From an uncultured delta proteobacterium (lineage in GTDB: Bacteria; Myxococcota_A; Polyangia; Polyangiales; Polyangiaceae), in assembly GCA_963841435.1 (NCBI GenBank), contig CAWJCS010000006.1, positions 1,280,001-1,344,000 of the forward strand: a stretch of 64,000 bases of DNA, read 5' to 3'. Position numbers and translations under genes: made by a program. Of the stretch, positions 55,225-64,000 are shown one piece after another. The notes beneath the pieces were generated by a model. It searched no databases. It worked only from the letters and a program-made list of their open reading frames with translations, and was not told the DNA's origin. Numbering within the stretch: position 1 is the first letter of the stretch; every line of letters starts with the position of its first letter.

Positions 55225-55784
55225 GAAGCCTCCGGTCGGCGCTCGAAGCACTCGCGCAGCGCCGCGAGTGCCCGGTGGCGCATCACGCGCACGTTGCCGA
55301 CGCTGACGCCCACCGAGGTCGCGACCTCGGCGGCGCTGAGCTCCTCGAACACGCTCAACACGACCACGCTGCGGTCGCGGTCGGCGAGCTCTTGCAAGCA
55401 CAGAGCGACACGCCGCACGTCGAGGGCGGCGGGCGTGGAAGGCTCGTGCCACGGCTCGTCGCCCTCGGAAAGCGGCCCGAGGCGAGCTTCCTTGCGGCGC
55501 ATGGCGAGAGCCACGTGTCGCGCAGACCCCAAGATGAACGAAGCGACGTGCTCGGCGTCGTGGATCTCCCGGGCCCTGAGCTTTTCGAGCACGAGCATCA
55601 GCACGCGTTGCGAAAGCTCGCTCGCAGCGTCCGTGTCGCGCAGATGTCTTAGGCCGTAGGAACGCACGCGTGGCCCGAAGCGCCGGCAGAGCTCGGCCTC
55701 GGCCTCGGCGGCCCCGGTTGCCCGCTCGAGCACCGTTCGCGCGAGCGTCGCGTCGCTCGGCTCGCCGGGCAGCGGGCGGCTCAT
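55221..55784 (-). CDS. ECF RNA polymerase sigma factor
   Basis: Region 2 (AASELSQRV) and region 4 (SAAEVA...GNVRVMRHRAL). Confidence 0.85.
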   Translation of the reverse strand: MSRPLPGEPSDATLARTVLERATGAAEAEAELCRRFGPRVRSYGLRHLRDTDAASELSQRVLMLVLEKLRAREIHDAEHVASFILGSARHVALAMRRKEARLGPLSEGDEPWHEPSTPAALDVRRVALCLQELADRDRSVVVLSVFEELSAAEVATSVGVSVGNVRVMRHRALAALRECFERRPEAS

Positions 55785-55873
55785 CCGGACTCCACTACCC
55801 CCTAGCCTTGCGCGCCACAAGCGCGTCGGGCAAGGGGGTAGCGGAGCCGCCGAAGGGCGAGCAGCGTCGAGCA

Positions 55874-56725
55874 TCAGCTGGCTTGCTTGATGAGGTCCTC
55901 GAACGCCGACTGGTCGGGACCCTGGAACGGCGTGCCGCCGGGGGCGCGGTTGACGTTCTCGGTGAGCGCCTCCACGAGAGCGCGGGCAGGCGGCAGGTGC
56001 GCGCTCAGGATCGTCTGCGGTGCGAGCTCGGCCACGGAGCGCGTCGCTTGCTCGAGGGCATCCTGGCGCACGCTGTGGATCCAGGGCGAATCCAGGGCGA
56101 GCCACCGCATCATCCCCTCGCGGAGCGAGGAGGACGGAATGTCGTTCGCGGACTCCGTCGGCGACGGGACGAGCCCACCGAAGTAGTCCGAGCTGAACAG
56201 CGTCCGCGTCGAGGCGTCCCAGACCATCGTGGTCTCGGGTGCGTCGAAGCAGGGCGGCCGCGCGACGAGGAGCTTCCGATCGCCCACGTCGAGAGTTTGT
56301 CCGGGGTTTAGCAGGAGGAAGCGTTCGGGGGGAACCTGTCGTGCGAAGCCGAGCTTGGCCATGCCGAGGAAGGTCGTGACGATGCGAGCCTTGGGCGCCC
56401 GGACCAGGAGCTCGTCGAGACACCCCACGTGGTCGCCGTCGGCGTGCGTGAGATAAATGTAACGGAGTGACGCCGGATCGATGAGGCTCTCGATGGCCGG
56501 AAGCATCAGGCCCTTCATGCCGATGATCCCCGCATCGACGAGCACGGGCTCGCGCGAGCGCAAAAGGAACGCGTTGATCGCGATGTAGCCGAGGTTCGGG
56601 ATCGGGGCGAACGTTCCGAGCTGATCGACGCCGGGTGCGACGTTCTTCTGTGTTTCGATGATGGGCTCAGTCAAGACGATGACCTCCTGTTGGGGAGCAG
56701 CAACGCTCACGAGGGAGTGCGCCAC
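55874..56725 (-). CDS. MBL-fold di-iron protein (FprA N-domain/ODP-like)
   Basis: NAFLL, LVDAG, IDPASLRYIYLTHADGDHVG, LFSSD.FG, SAH. No flavodoxin domain. Confidence 0.8.
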   Translation of the reverse strand: MAHSLVSVAAPQQEVIVLTEPIIETQKNVAPGVDQLGTFAPIPNLGYIAINAFLLRSREPVLVDAGIIGMKGLMLPAIESLIDPASLRYIYLTHADGDHVGCLDELLVRAPKARIVTTFLGMAKLGFARQVPPERFLLLNPGQTLDVGDRKLLVARPPCFDAPETTMVWDASTRTLFSSDYFGGLVPSPTESANDIPSSSLREGMMRWLALDSPWIHSVRQDALEQATRSVAELAPQTILSAHLPPARALVEALTENVNRAPGGTPFQGPDQSAFEDLIKQAS

Positions 56726-56791
56726 CCCCGCCCGGCGTTACGCATCTTTCTCGAAAACGGCCTGGGGGCCGGGGAGGGCCCCGCGCGGGCC

Positions 56792-57574
56792 TCAGCGTGC
56801 GTCGGCCAGGCTTTCGACGAGCAGTCGAGCGAGGCGATCCGCGAAGCTCCGAACACCCTCGGCGTGGCTCACGAGGTCCTGGCGGATCTCGAGCTCCACG
56901 TGCACGAGGCCCCGCGCCTCGGCGTGCTCGATGATGCCGTAGTCGGTGAGTGCGTCGGCCGCGTACGGCTGGTTGTCGCCGACGACGAGCCCGGGCTCGC
57001 GGCGCAGGCGCTCGAGCATGGGCGTTGCGAGGCGTGCGTCGCGATGGTGGAGCACGCCGGCGTGCCAGGGCCGGGACACGCCGCGGTAGCTCGGCGTAAA
57101 GGTGTGCAAGAGGACGATGACCGTCGGCGCTCCGCGCGCGGCTCGCACGTCGAGCTCTTGGGTGATGCGCGCGTGGTACGGCTCGAAGACCTCGCGCACA
57201 CGGGCGGCCCTCGCTCCGGCCGTCAGACTTCGGTTACCCGGGATCTCGGTGTCCTCGCTCTTTTTGGCAATCGAATCCGCGTGGTCGGGGCGCCGGTTGC
57301 AGTCGACGACGAGCCGCGAATAGCCCTGCAAAATGAGCCATGCGCCCAGCCGCGGCGCGAGCTCGCGCGCGACGTCGGCCGCGCCGATGTCCCAGGCGAT
57401 GTGGCGCTCGAGGTCGCGTTCCGCGAGCCCGAGCGAGCCGAGCGCCCGGGGGATGCGCCGCGACGCATGATCGCACACGACGAGCCACGGCGAGTCAGCG
57501 ACGCCGTCGATGACCTCGAACGGTGGCGGATCGTCCGGGCCGAGGAGCACGCTGGTTTGGCTCGAGAGCGCCAC
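56792..57574 (-). CDS. N-formylglutamate amidohydrolase
   Basis: VCDHAS, HIAWDIGA, SRLVVDCNR, PYH, HTFTP, GDNQPY, ELEIRQD. Confidence 0.9.
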   Translation of the reverse strand: MALSSQTSVLLGPDDPPPFEVIDGVADSPWLVVCDHASRRIPRALGSLGLAERDLERHIAWDIGAADVARELAPRLGAWLILQGYSRLVVDCNRRPDHADSIAKKSEDTEIPGNRSLTAGARAARVREVFEPYHARITQELDVRAARGAPTVIVLLHTFTPSYRGVSRPWHAGVLHHRDARLATPMLERLRREPGLVVGDNQPYAADALTDYGIIEHAEARGLVHVELEIRQDLVSHAEGVRSFADRLARLLVESLADAR

Positions 57575-57647
57575 GGTGGTGGAACAAAGCCACGGAGCGC
57601 GCGGTGAGTCGAGTGGGTCGCACGAGAGCGCGTGCGACCCGCCGATT

Positions 57648-58667
57648 TCACGAACGGAACGTCTTCGGCATCCGGCGGTAGCTGAACACGGAGTAGCCGA
57701 CGACGAGCAACATGCCCGGGATCCACCACGCCAGCATCGTGCGCAGCATGCGATCGTCGGCGGCGGCGCGCGCGAGCTCGAGGTGGTAATTGGCGTTCCG
57801 CGCCGCCAGGGCATGCGGAAAGACGGCGAAAGCCGCGCTCACGACGCCGAGGAACAGCTGGGCGCCCGACGCCAGGAAGGCCAAGAGCGGCCGGGGCCGG
57901 AGCAGCAGGCGCGCCGCGACCAGCGCCGCGAACGTGAAGAGCGGCAAGAGCGAGCCGGCCGGGTAGCGCGCGAGGTTCACGCGGATCTGCGGTTGCACCT
58001 CGGGCGTGACGCCGGCCGTGGCGAGCGCGAGCACGAGCGCGGGCACGAAAGCAAAACTTGCGACGCGCCGCGCGCGAGTGGCGAGCTCTGCCTCGGTCTT
58101 GAGCGCGAGCCACGCCGCGCCGTGAAAGGCGAGGAACGAGAGCGCCGTCGCCGCGACGAGCAGGGTGTACCAGTCGAGGATCCCGGTCTCGGCTCCGACG
58201 CGAAAGTCGGTCCAGAGGGGTTCCATGAAATTCCCCGTTTCGCGGAGCGGGACGCCGCGCACGAGATTGCCGACGGCGGCGCCGAAGAGCACGGCGAGCA
58301 GCCCGCTCGAGGCGCTATAGGCGACATCCCAGAATTTCAGCCACATCGCGTCGTGGAGCTGATGGCGGAGCTCGATGCCGAGCGCGCGAAACACCAAAAG
58401 CCAGAGCACGATCATGAGCGGCAGATAGAAGCCCGAGAAGACGACGGCATAGAGCAAGGGAAACGCCGCGAACAGCGTGCCACCCGCTGCGATGAGCCAG
58501 ACCTCGTTGCCGTCCCACACCGGCGCGATCGTCTCGAGCAGCGTCGTGCGCTCCTTCTCCGTGCGCCCCACGACGAAGTGGAGCAACCCGGCTCCGAAAT
58601 CGAAGCCGTCGAGCGCGACGTAGACGCCCAGCATGATGACGAGCAGCCAGAACCAGAGCTCGGCCAT
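57648..58667 (-). CDS. cydB: Cytochrome bd oxidase subunit II
   Basis: LDGFDFG, PVWDGNEVWL, FAAFP, SGFY. Confidence 0.95.
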   Translation of the reverse strand: MAELWFWLLVIMLGVYVALDGFDFGAGLLHFVVGRTEKERTTLLETIAPVWDGNEVWLIAAGGTLFAAFPLLYAVVFSGFYLPLMIVLWLLVFRALGIELRHQLHDAMWLKFWDVAYSASSGLLAVLFGAAVGNLVRGVPLRETGNFMEPLWTDFRVGAETGILDWYTLLVAATALSFLAFHGAAWLALKTEAELATRARRVASFAFVPALVLALATAGVTPEVQPQIRVNLARYPAGSLLPLFTFAALVAARLLLRPRPLLAFLASGAQLFLGVVSAAFAVFPHALAARNANYHLELARAAADDRMLRTMLAWWIPGMLLVVGYSVFSYRRMPKTFRS

Positions 58668-59980
58668 CACTTCGGCCCCTCCGCGACGATGCGCGTGACC
58701 AAAAAGAAGTAGAGCAACGACAGGAGCGAGTAGAGCCCCATGAAGCCGAGCAGCGAAAACAGCGTGGTTCCCGAGGAAATGTGCGCCGAGGAGCCGTCTT
58801 TCGTGAGCATGAGGCCGTGCACGAGCCAGGGCTGGCGGCCAAGCTCCGCTGTCATCCAGCCGGCCGTGTTGGCGACGAAGGGCAGGGGAAAGACCAGCAT
58901 CAGGAGCCAGAGCAGCGGGCGATTGTCGAAGAGCTTGCCGCGGAACAGGAGAAGCACGCTGAGCCCCATCACGCCGATGAAGATCGTCCCGAGGCCGGCC
59001 ATGACGTGATACGCGTAGTAGAGAAGCGGTACGTTGTCGGGCCAGCTGTCGCGCGGAAATTCGGCGAGCCCGCGGATTTCGGTGTTCCAGCGCTGATGCG
59101 TGAGAAAGCTCAGCACCTTCGGCAAGACGATGGGGTTGTCGAGCGTGAGCGTGTCCGGGTTCGGCTGGCCGATGAGCGTGAGGCCCGCCCCGCGCTCCGT
59201 GTGAAAGTGGCCTTCCATGGCCGCGAACGTCACTGGTTGCCGGTCGAGCACGAGCTTTGCTTGCGTGTCACCGCTCGGGAAGGCGGCGGCGAGCGCCGAG
59301 ATCGCCCCCGCGATCACGCTGACGCGCAGGCATTTCTTGGCGACGGCCACGTGGGCCCCGCGCAAGAGATAAAAGGCCATGGTTCCGCTCATCACGAACG
59401 AGCCCGTGATGAGCGCGCCGACCATGGTGTGCGCGTACTGGGCGAGGGCCCACGGGCTCGTGAGCAGCGCCGAGAGGCCCGTGATCTGGACGATACCGCG
59501 CTCGTCGAGCGTGGCCCCGTAGGGAGCCTGCATGAAGGCATTCACGCACACGATGAAGAAGCCACTGAGCCAGGTGCCGACCCAGAGCGCGATCGCCGCG
59601 AGCCAATGCCCGACGGGGCTCAGTCGCGTTTCGCCGTACACGAGGAGGTAGAGAAACGACGATTCCAGGAAGAACGCGAAGACGCCCTCCATGGCGAGCG
59701 CCTGCGCCATGGCGCCGCCCGTGGCCGCCGAAAAACGCGACCAGTTCGTGCCGAACTGAAACTCGAGCGGGATCCCCGTCACGACGCCCATGACGAACGA
59801 GATCGCGAAGATGCGCGTCCAGAAGCGCACGGCGGCGTCGTAGTCCGCGTCGTCCCAGCGCAGCGCGAGCGTCTTCAGCACGACGATGAGCAGTGCGAGG
59901 CCCATCGTGAGCTGGGGAAACAGGTAGTGATAGGTGACCGTGAACGCGAACTGCAGGCGATGCAGCGTCAAGGATTCCAT
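58667..59980 (-). CDS. cydA: Cytochrome bd oxidase subunit I
   Basis: RLQFAFT..YH, EFQFGTNW, EGVFAFFLES, QP..FAAMEG, ELGRQPW. Confidence 0.96.
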   Translation of the reverse strand: MESLTLHRLQFAFTVTYHYLFPQLTMGLALLIVVLKTLALRWDDADYDAAVRFWTRIFAISFVMGVVTGIPLEFQFGTNWSRFSAATGGAMAQALAMEGVFAFFLESSFLYLLVYGETRLSPVGHWLAAIALWVGTWLSGFFIVCVNAFMQAPYGATLDERGIVQITGLSALLTSPWALAQYAHTMVGALITGSFVMSGTMAFYLLRGAHVAVAKKCLRVSVIAGAISALAAAFPSGDTQAKLVLDRQPVTFAAMEGHFHTERGAGLTLIGQPNPDTLTLDNPIVLPKVLSFLTHQRWNTEIRGLAEFPRDSWPDNVPLLYYAYHVMAGLGTIFIGVMGLSVLLLFRGKLFDNRPLLWLLMLVFPLPFVANTAGWMTAELGRQPWLVHGLMLTKDGSSAHISSGTTLFSLLGFMGLYSLLSLLYFFLVTRIVAEGPK

Positions 59981-60139
59981 CTGGCCACGCGGCGCCGAGC
60001 GCCCCGACCTTTTTTCGGGCGACCCGTGCGCCCCGTCAAGCGCCGATCGCCCCCGAGCTCACCGATTTCACCCGGGAGCGCAAGCTCGAGGTTGCCGGCG
60101 GCCGTCGAGCGCGTTTCGCGCCGAGGCCCGGCGTGTCAG

Positions 60140-60328
60140 TCAGCTCGCGACAGGGGGCGAGACATCATAGGCGCGGCGCAGCTCGACGAGCGGGCGATCC
60201 TTGTCCCGGAAGACGTCGTAGCCGTCGCTGAAGTCAACCTTGCAGGCCGCGCCGCGCTGGAGCGCAATGAGCACGGCCGGCACGTCGAAAAGGCCTTGGT
60301 ACCCCTTCGCGGCCGGCGTGATGCGCAT
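60140..60328 (-). CDS. Possible small protein (62 aa)
   Basis: MRITPAAKGYQGLFDVP...; coding-like, downstream of the sigma54-like motif. Confidence 0.35.
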   Translation of the reverse strand: MRITPAAKGYQGLFDVPAVLIALQRGAACKVDFSDGYDVFRDKDRPLVELRRAYDVSPPVAS

Positions 60329-60364
60329 GCCGAGATGAAAAGGAGGTCCATGAATCGAGGAGGA

Positions 60365-60380
60365 TGCAGAGTGTGTGCCA
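60365..60380 (-). promoter_or_regulatory. Putative sigma54 (-24/-12) promoter
   Basis: Minus strand TGGCACACACTCTGCA: GG-N10-GC with TGGCAC/TGCA context. Confidence 0.6.
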
Positions 60381-60434
60381 GGCGGCGCTCTCGAGAAAGG
60401 CCCTCGAGAAAAGGCCGGGTGTGAGGCGCGCGTC

Positions 60435-60467
60435 CGGACACTCGTCCGACGTCGGAGCGGGTGTCCG
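60435..60467. terminator. GC-rich hairpin downstream of the LacI-like gene
   Basis: CGGACAC...TCCGACGTCGGA...GTGTCCG. No clear U-tract. Confidence 0.35.
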
Positions 60468-60486
60468 AGCAAAGATGGGCGAAGCG

Positions 60487-62211
60487 TCAGCCCTCGCGTG
60501 GTCTCGCGGAATCACGGAGGTGTCGCAGCAGTCCGAGCGTGTTGCCGAGGAACTCCCGCAGCTCCTCGAGATCCTGGTCAGGCGCCTTGGAGAGAGCCAG
60601 GACGGCGACCCCGAGCGCCTGGTCGAAGGCGACGAGGGGCATCAGCGCGAGCACCCGCCCGGCGTTTTCCAAAAGCGGATGCTGCGGCAGGGTTTCGAGC
60701 GAAAGCGGCGTCGCCGTTGCGACTTGCCCGCCGGGCCCGAAGCCGAACGCGAGCTGCCCGCCGCCCGTGGCGTCGCCCGGCCGGTCGAACGTTGCGACGA
60801 GGCACGCATCGACGCCGAACTCCACGAGCCGTTCGGCCGCCACGCGAGACAGCGCCGCCGCGCCGTCGAACAGGGAGTCACGAACGGCAGCCTCGAAGTG
60901 TCGCTGACGCTCGCGAGCACTACGAACGCGCCTGCGGCTCGTTTCCTCGCTGGAGACGCTCGCGATCACGCGTGCCTCGTGCAGCGCATCTTCGAGGCGG
61001 TCGCGCGCTTCCGGGGTGCCCGCCACGCAGGGCAGCGACTGACGCCGCAGCGCCGTGAGAACGTCCTGAATCACGATGCCGTCGACGGGTGCGCGCTCGA
61101 GCTTCAGCAAAGCGAGCTCGAGCGCCCGGTGAAAGCTCGCAGAATCGCTGCCGCGCAGCTCCGCGATGAGCGCGTCGAGCAGGCGTTCCTCCCAGCCCGC
61201 GCCCGCCGGCCCCAAGCGGCCGGCCGCCGCCCGCGACACCTCGGCCAAAATCACCTGACGCCGCTGCACGAACGACGCTTCGAGACTGCGGCTCGGCGTG
61301 AAGCCCAGGGACGCCGCCAGACCGAGCTGGCTCCCCGCGCAGCCGCAGGAGCCTCGTACGACGAGCGTCGTCGGGAGCAACTGGGACACGAAGGGTCGTC
61401 CCTGGCTCAGCTCGGACACTCCCTCGACCCCACGCCGGCCGAGCTGCTCCATCGGCTGACGCGCTGTCGTGAGCGCCGGTCGCGTGAAGCGCGCGGAGTC
61501 CAGATCGTCGAAGCCGGTGACGGCAATCTCGCGTGGTACCTCGATGTGGCGCCGGCCGAGCTCCTCCAGGACACCGAGCGCCGTGTAGTCGTTCGCGCAG
61601 ACGATCGCGTCGAGCGCGGGTGGCTTGAGGCGACGCCCGTCGAGGAGCACGCGCACGGCTTCCACGCCACTCTGTCGGTAAAAGGTGCCCTCGACAGAAA
61701 GCTCTGGATCGTAAGTCAGCCCAGCTTCGGCGAGCGCTTCTTGGTACGCCTCGAAGCGTGTCTCGGCTTCCGCGCTCCCCGCCGGCCCCCGCACGAACGC
61801 GATGCGGCGCCGCCCATGCTCGCCGGCGAGGTGCGCCACGATCTCGCGAATGCCGCGCCGGTTGTCCACCTCGATGCAGACGTGACCGGCGAGCGGGACG
61901 CCGATGCACGTGACGGGCAGGTCGCCGTAGCGCCCGAGCCACGGTGCGAGCGCGGCGGGCCCGACGGCGCTCCCGATCACGCTCAGGACGGCGACGATCC
62001 CGCTCGTGTTTCCGGGGCCCAAAAGGTCGAAGACCACGTTGCGCGCGCGCGACGCGGGCGAGCCGTCGCCGACGCGCCCTCCCACGACACAGAGAATCGA
62101 CGCGCCGACGTCGCGCGCCGCGGAGAGCGCGCCACGCAAGACGCCGACCTCGTACTCGTTGTCGAGCGTCTCGAGCAAGAGCGCAATAGGGAGCGCCGAC
62201 CTGACGGACAC
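60487..62211 (-). CDS. LacI-type sugar-binding-domain protein lacking an HTH
   Basis: VDNRRG, HGRRRIAFVRGP, ANDYTALG, VPREIAVTGFDD, LTTARQP, RGSCGC. No N-terminal HTH. Confidence 0.85.
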   Translation of the reverse strand: MSVRSALPIALLLETLDNEYEVGVLRGALSAARDVGASILCVVGGRVGDGSPASRARNVVFDLLGPGNTSGIVAVLSVIGSAVGPAALAPWLGRYGDLPVTCIGVPLAGHVCIEVDNRRGIREIVAHLAGEHGRRRIAFVRGPAGSAEAETRFEAYQEALAEAGLTYDPELSVEGTFYRQSGVEAVRVLLDGRRLKPPALDAIVCANDYTALGVLEELGRRHIEVPREIAVTGFDDLDSARFTRPALTTARQPMEQLGRRGVEGVSELSQGRPFVSQLLPTTLVVRGSCGCAGSQLGLAASLGFTPSRSLEASFVQRRQVILAEVSRAAAGRLGPAGAGWEERLLDALIAELRGSDSASFHRALELALLKLERAPVDGIVIQDVLTALRRQSLPCVAGTPEARDRLEDALHEARVIASVSSEETSRRRVRSARERQRHFEAAVRDSLFDGAAALSRVAAERLVEFGVDACLVATFDRPGDATGGGQLAFGFGPGGQVATATPLSLETLPQHPLLENAGRVLALMPLVAFDQALGVAVLALSKAPDQDLEELREFLGNTLGLLRHLRDSARPREG

Positions 62212-62275
62212 CCCGGCATCCTAGGTCCCCGCGCTGCCGCCGACAAATCGCCCGAATCGGCGCGAGTCCCGCGCG

Positions 62276-64000
62276 CTACCCCGGCTGGGCGCCCGCCGAG
62301 GGCGCGCGGGTCCTGTTCGCGCGCCGCGCACTCTCCGCGCGCTCCTTTACGCCGAGCAACATGCGTCGATCCATGGCGAAGCCCACCGGTTCGAGCAGCG
62401 TCGGGCCGAACGCCAGGCGCGTCGCAATGTCGTCGGAGCACGCCGCTCGGTAGCGGCTCACGAGCCGTGAGCGCGCCTCGCCGAGGGGCTCCACGAAAAA
62501 GAGCCAACTGACGGCGGCCCAGGGCCTTGCGTGGGCGCGCGCTTCGTCGTCGGCGTGCGATGCCGCCACGAAGTAGTGCCCCGGCGAGACCGCGACGATT
62601 TCCAAGTGCGGTGCCTGCGGGTCCGGATGCAGCAGCAACGATTGCCCCACCCTAAGCCGCCATTCCGGGTGGATCGTTTCCGCGTTCGCGATCTTGCAGC
62701 CCACGACGTTTTCGAGAAATTGGTAGCTGTAGAACCCGGCGCGGTCGGCACCGACCTGTGCCACCCATGCCCACACGTCATCGGCAGGTGCGTCGATCTC
62801 GACGCCGTGCGTCCAGCTCCAGCGCGGCTCGGCGACGATGGAGTCACCCGGGTACGCGCGCTCGGCGGCCGTCTCGTCGAGCCCCCAGTGCCGACGGGCA
62901 CGACGCAGGAAGGGCGAGAGGAGGGCCGCAAGGATGATGGCCACGCCGCCCGCGCCTTCGAGCACGTCGCGGAGATCGTCACGCGAAAGGGTTCCCTCGG
63001 CTCGCGCCTTGAGGTTTCTCAGCATCTCGGTCTGCGTGAAGGCGTGGACGGGGCGGATCCACATCGCATGCAGGCGTCCGCTCGTGGGAAATGCCGCTCG
63101 TGCGCGAACGTGCAACCGCGTTGACGTAGCGTCGAGCGGCTCGAGCACGAAGGCCCACGTGACTTGCCAGAACTCCGCGGGCCGGGCCATGGCGAACGGC
63201 ACCTGCTTCTTCGGGCCTGCGTCGAACAGGCCGCCGAGGACGAGCGCACGCGACGGCTCGATCCGTAGCACCTCGAACCCTTCGTCTCCTTCCGGCTCCG
63301 CAGGTAGTACCTGGCCGATTTGGATGTCCTGGAGCTCCGGATGCACCTCACGTGCGCTGCGCACGCCGGCATTGTCGAGCATGTCGTACGAGTAGAAACC
63401 GGCCCGTCGGCAACCGAGCTGGACGAGCCACGGCCAGATGCGCTCGGGTGGCGCCGCGATCGTGATGCCGTGCGTCAGCTGCGCGGCTGCGTCCGGCAGG
63501 AGGTCGTCGCCGTCGAGTGGGCGCTCGTTCTCTCGGCTTTCGGGGGTGCCGAGCTCGTGCGCGAGAGAAGCGAGCATTGTCCGCCGGATGAAGTGCGACC
63601 CCGGGCCGATCACGCGGAAGTAGCGCCGGAACTTCCGCCATGCTTCTTCGTCCGTCGCGTCGATGCGCACCTCGAACTCGACGCGCGAGCCATGCTCACC
63701 CCGCGGCTCGATCCGGATGGCCCAGGCGACTTTGACGAAGTCCGGCTCCTCGAAGGCGGCGAAGCGTTCGGCGTCGGGGACGTGCACGAACGGGATTTCG
63801 AGGTGCCACACCTTGCCGATGGCGCCCACGGCCACCTCGTGCGGGGGTTCCTCGCCGAGGATCTGGAAGCCGGGCTTGTCGGGCGACGATACGATGTCGT
63901 CGAGGCAGAGACGCACTTCTTCGTTCCTTCCGCGCAAGCGGTCGGGAAGGGTGCGGACTGCGAACAGCGCTCGAACGAGTGGCGAACGCCCCAGATTGCC
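62276..64000 (-). CDS. Multi-domain SRPBCC-like protein; start outside the window
   Basis: Frame open to 64000. Two repeats of TH(G)..I.AP...W.W..Q.G..RAGFYSY plus an N-terminal FRRYF..IGP.S domain. Confidence 0.8.
   Translation of the reverse strand, partial: GNLGRSPLVRALFAVRTLPDRLRGRNEEVRLCLDDIVSSPDKPGFQILGEEPPHEVAVGAIGKVWHLEIPFVHVPDAERFAAFEEPDFVKVAWAIRIEPRGEHGSRVEFEVRIDATDEEAWRKFRRYFRVIGPGSHFIRRTMLASLAHELGTPESRENERPLDGDDLLPDAAAQLTHGITIAAPPERIWPWLVQLGCRRAGFYSYDMLDNAGVRSAREVHPELQDIQIGQVLPAEPEGDEGFEVLRIEPSRALVLGGLFDAGPKKQVPFAMARPAEFWQVTWAFVLEPLDATSTRLHVRARAAFPTSGRLHAMWIRPVHAFTQTEMLRNLKARAEGTLSRDDLRDVLEGAGGVAIILAALLSPFLRRARRHWGLDETAAERAYPGDSIVAEPRWSWTHGVEIDAPADDVWAWVAQVGADRAGFYSYQFLENVVGCKIANAETIHPEWRLRVGQSLLLHPDPQAPHLEIVAVSPGHYFVAASHADDEARAHARPWAAVSWLFFVEPLGEARSRLVSRYRAACSDDIATRLAFGPTLLEPVGFAMDRRMLLGVKERAESARRANRTRAPSAGAQPG

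Overview
Very GC-rich bacterial chromosomal segment. A MYXO-CTERM-like tail, many lipoproteins and the gene styles suggest Myxococcota, probably Polyangiales (inference). In order: (1) a glycogen/trehalose/stress cluster (trehalase running off the left edge, GH116, pentapeptide-repeat::GlgX fusion, treY, treZ, two-domain multicopper oxidase, treS-maltokinase, ferredoxin, ferritin-like protein); (2) tRNA-Phe, a PilT-family ATPase and bioB; (3) an HUH/Y1 (RAYT-like) transposase between two short-period GC repeat arrays; (4) a matrixin pair, glnD, a TPR lipoprotein, a 48-bp + 100-bp tandem repeat block and parBA; (5) an unlisted 59-aa acidic ORF, then tig-clpP-clpX-lon; (6) a MIF tautomerase, DEAD-box helicase, lipoproteins, tRNA-Val and ndh; (7) a likely lysine catabolic locus with a divergent HglS/DUF1338-like candidate; (8) cytochrome c-rhodanese, tatA, an ECF/anti-sigma pair, an MBL di-iron protein, cydAB, an HTH-less LacI-type sensor and an SRPBCC-like protein. 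Recurrent GAC->AAC changes in conserved motifs and one or two single-base frameshifts suggest systematic sequence error or methylation-linked mutation. No CRISPR array, rRNA or integrase was seen. All family assignments come from motif recognition by eye, not from database searches.
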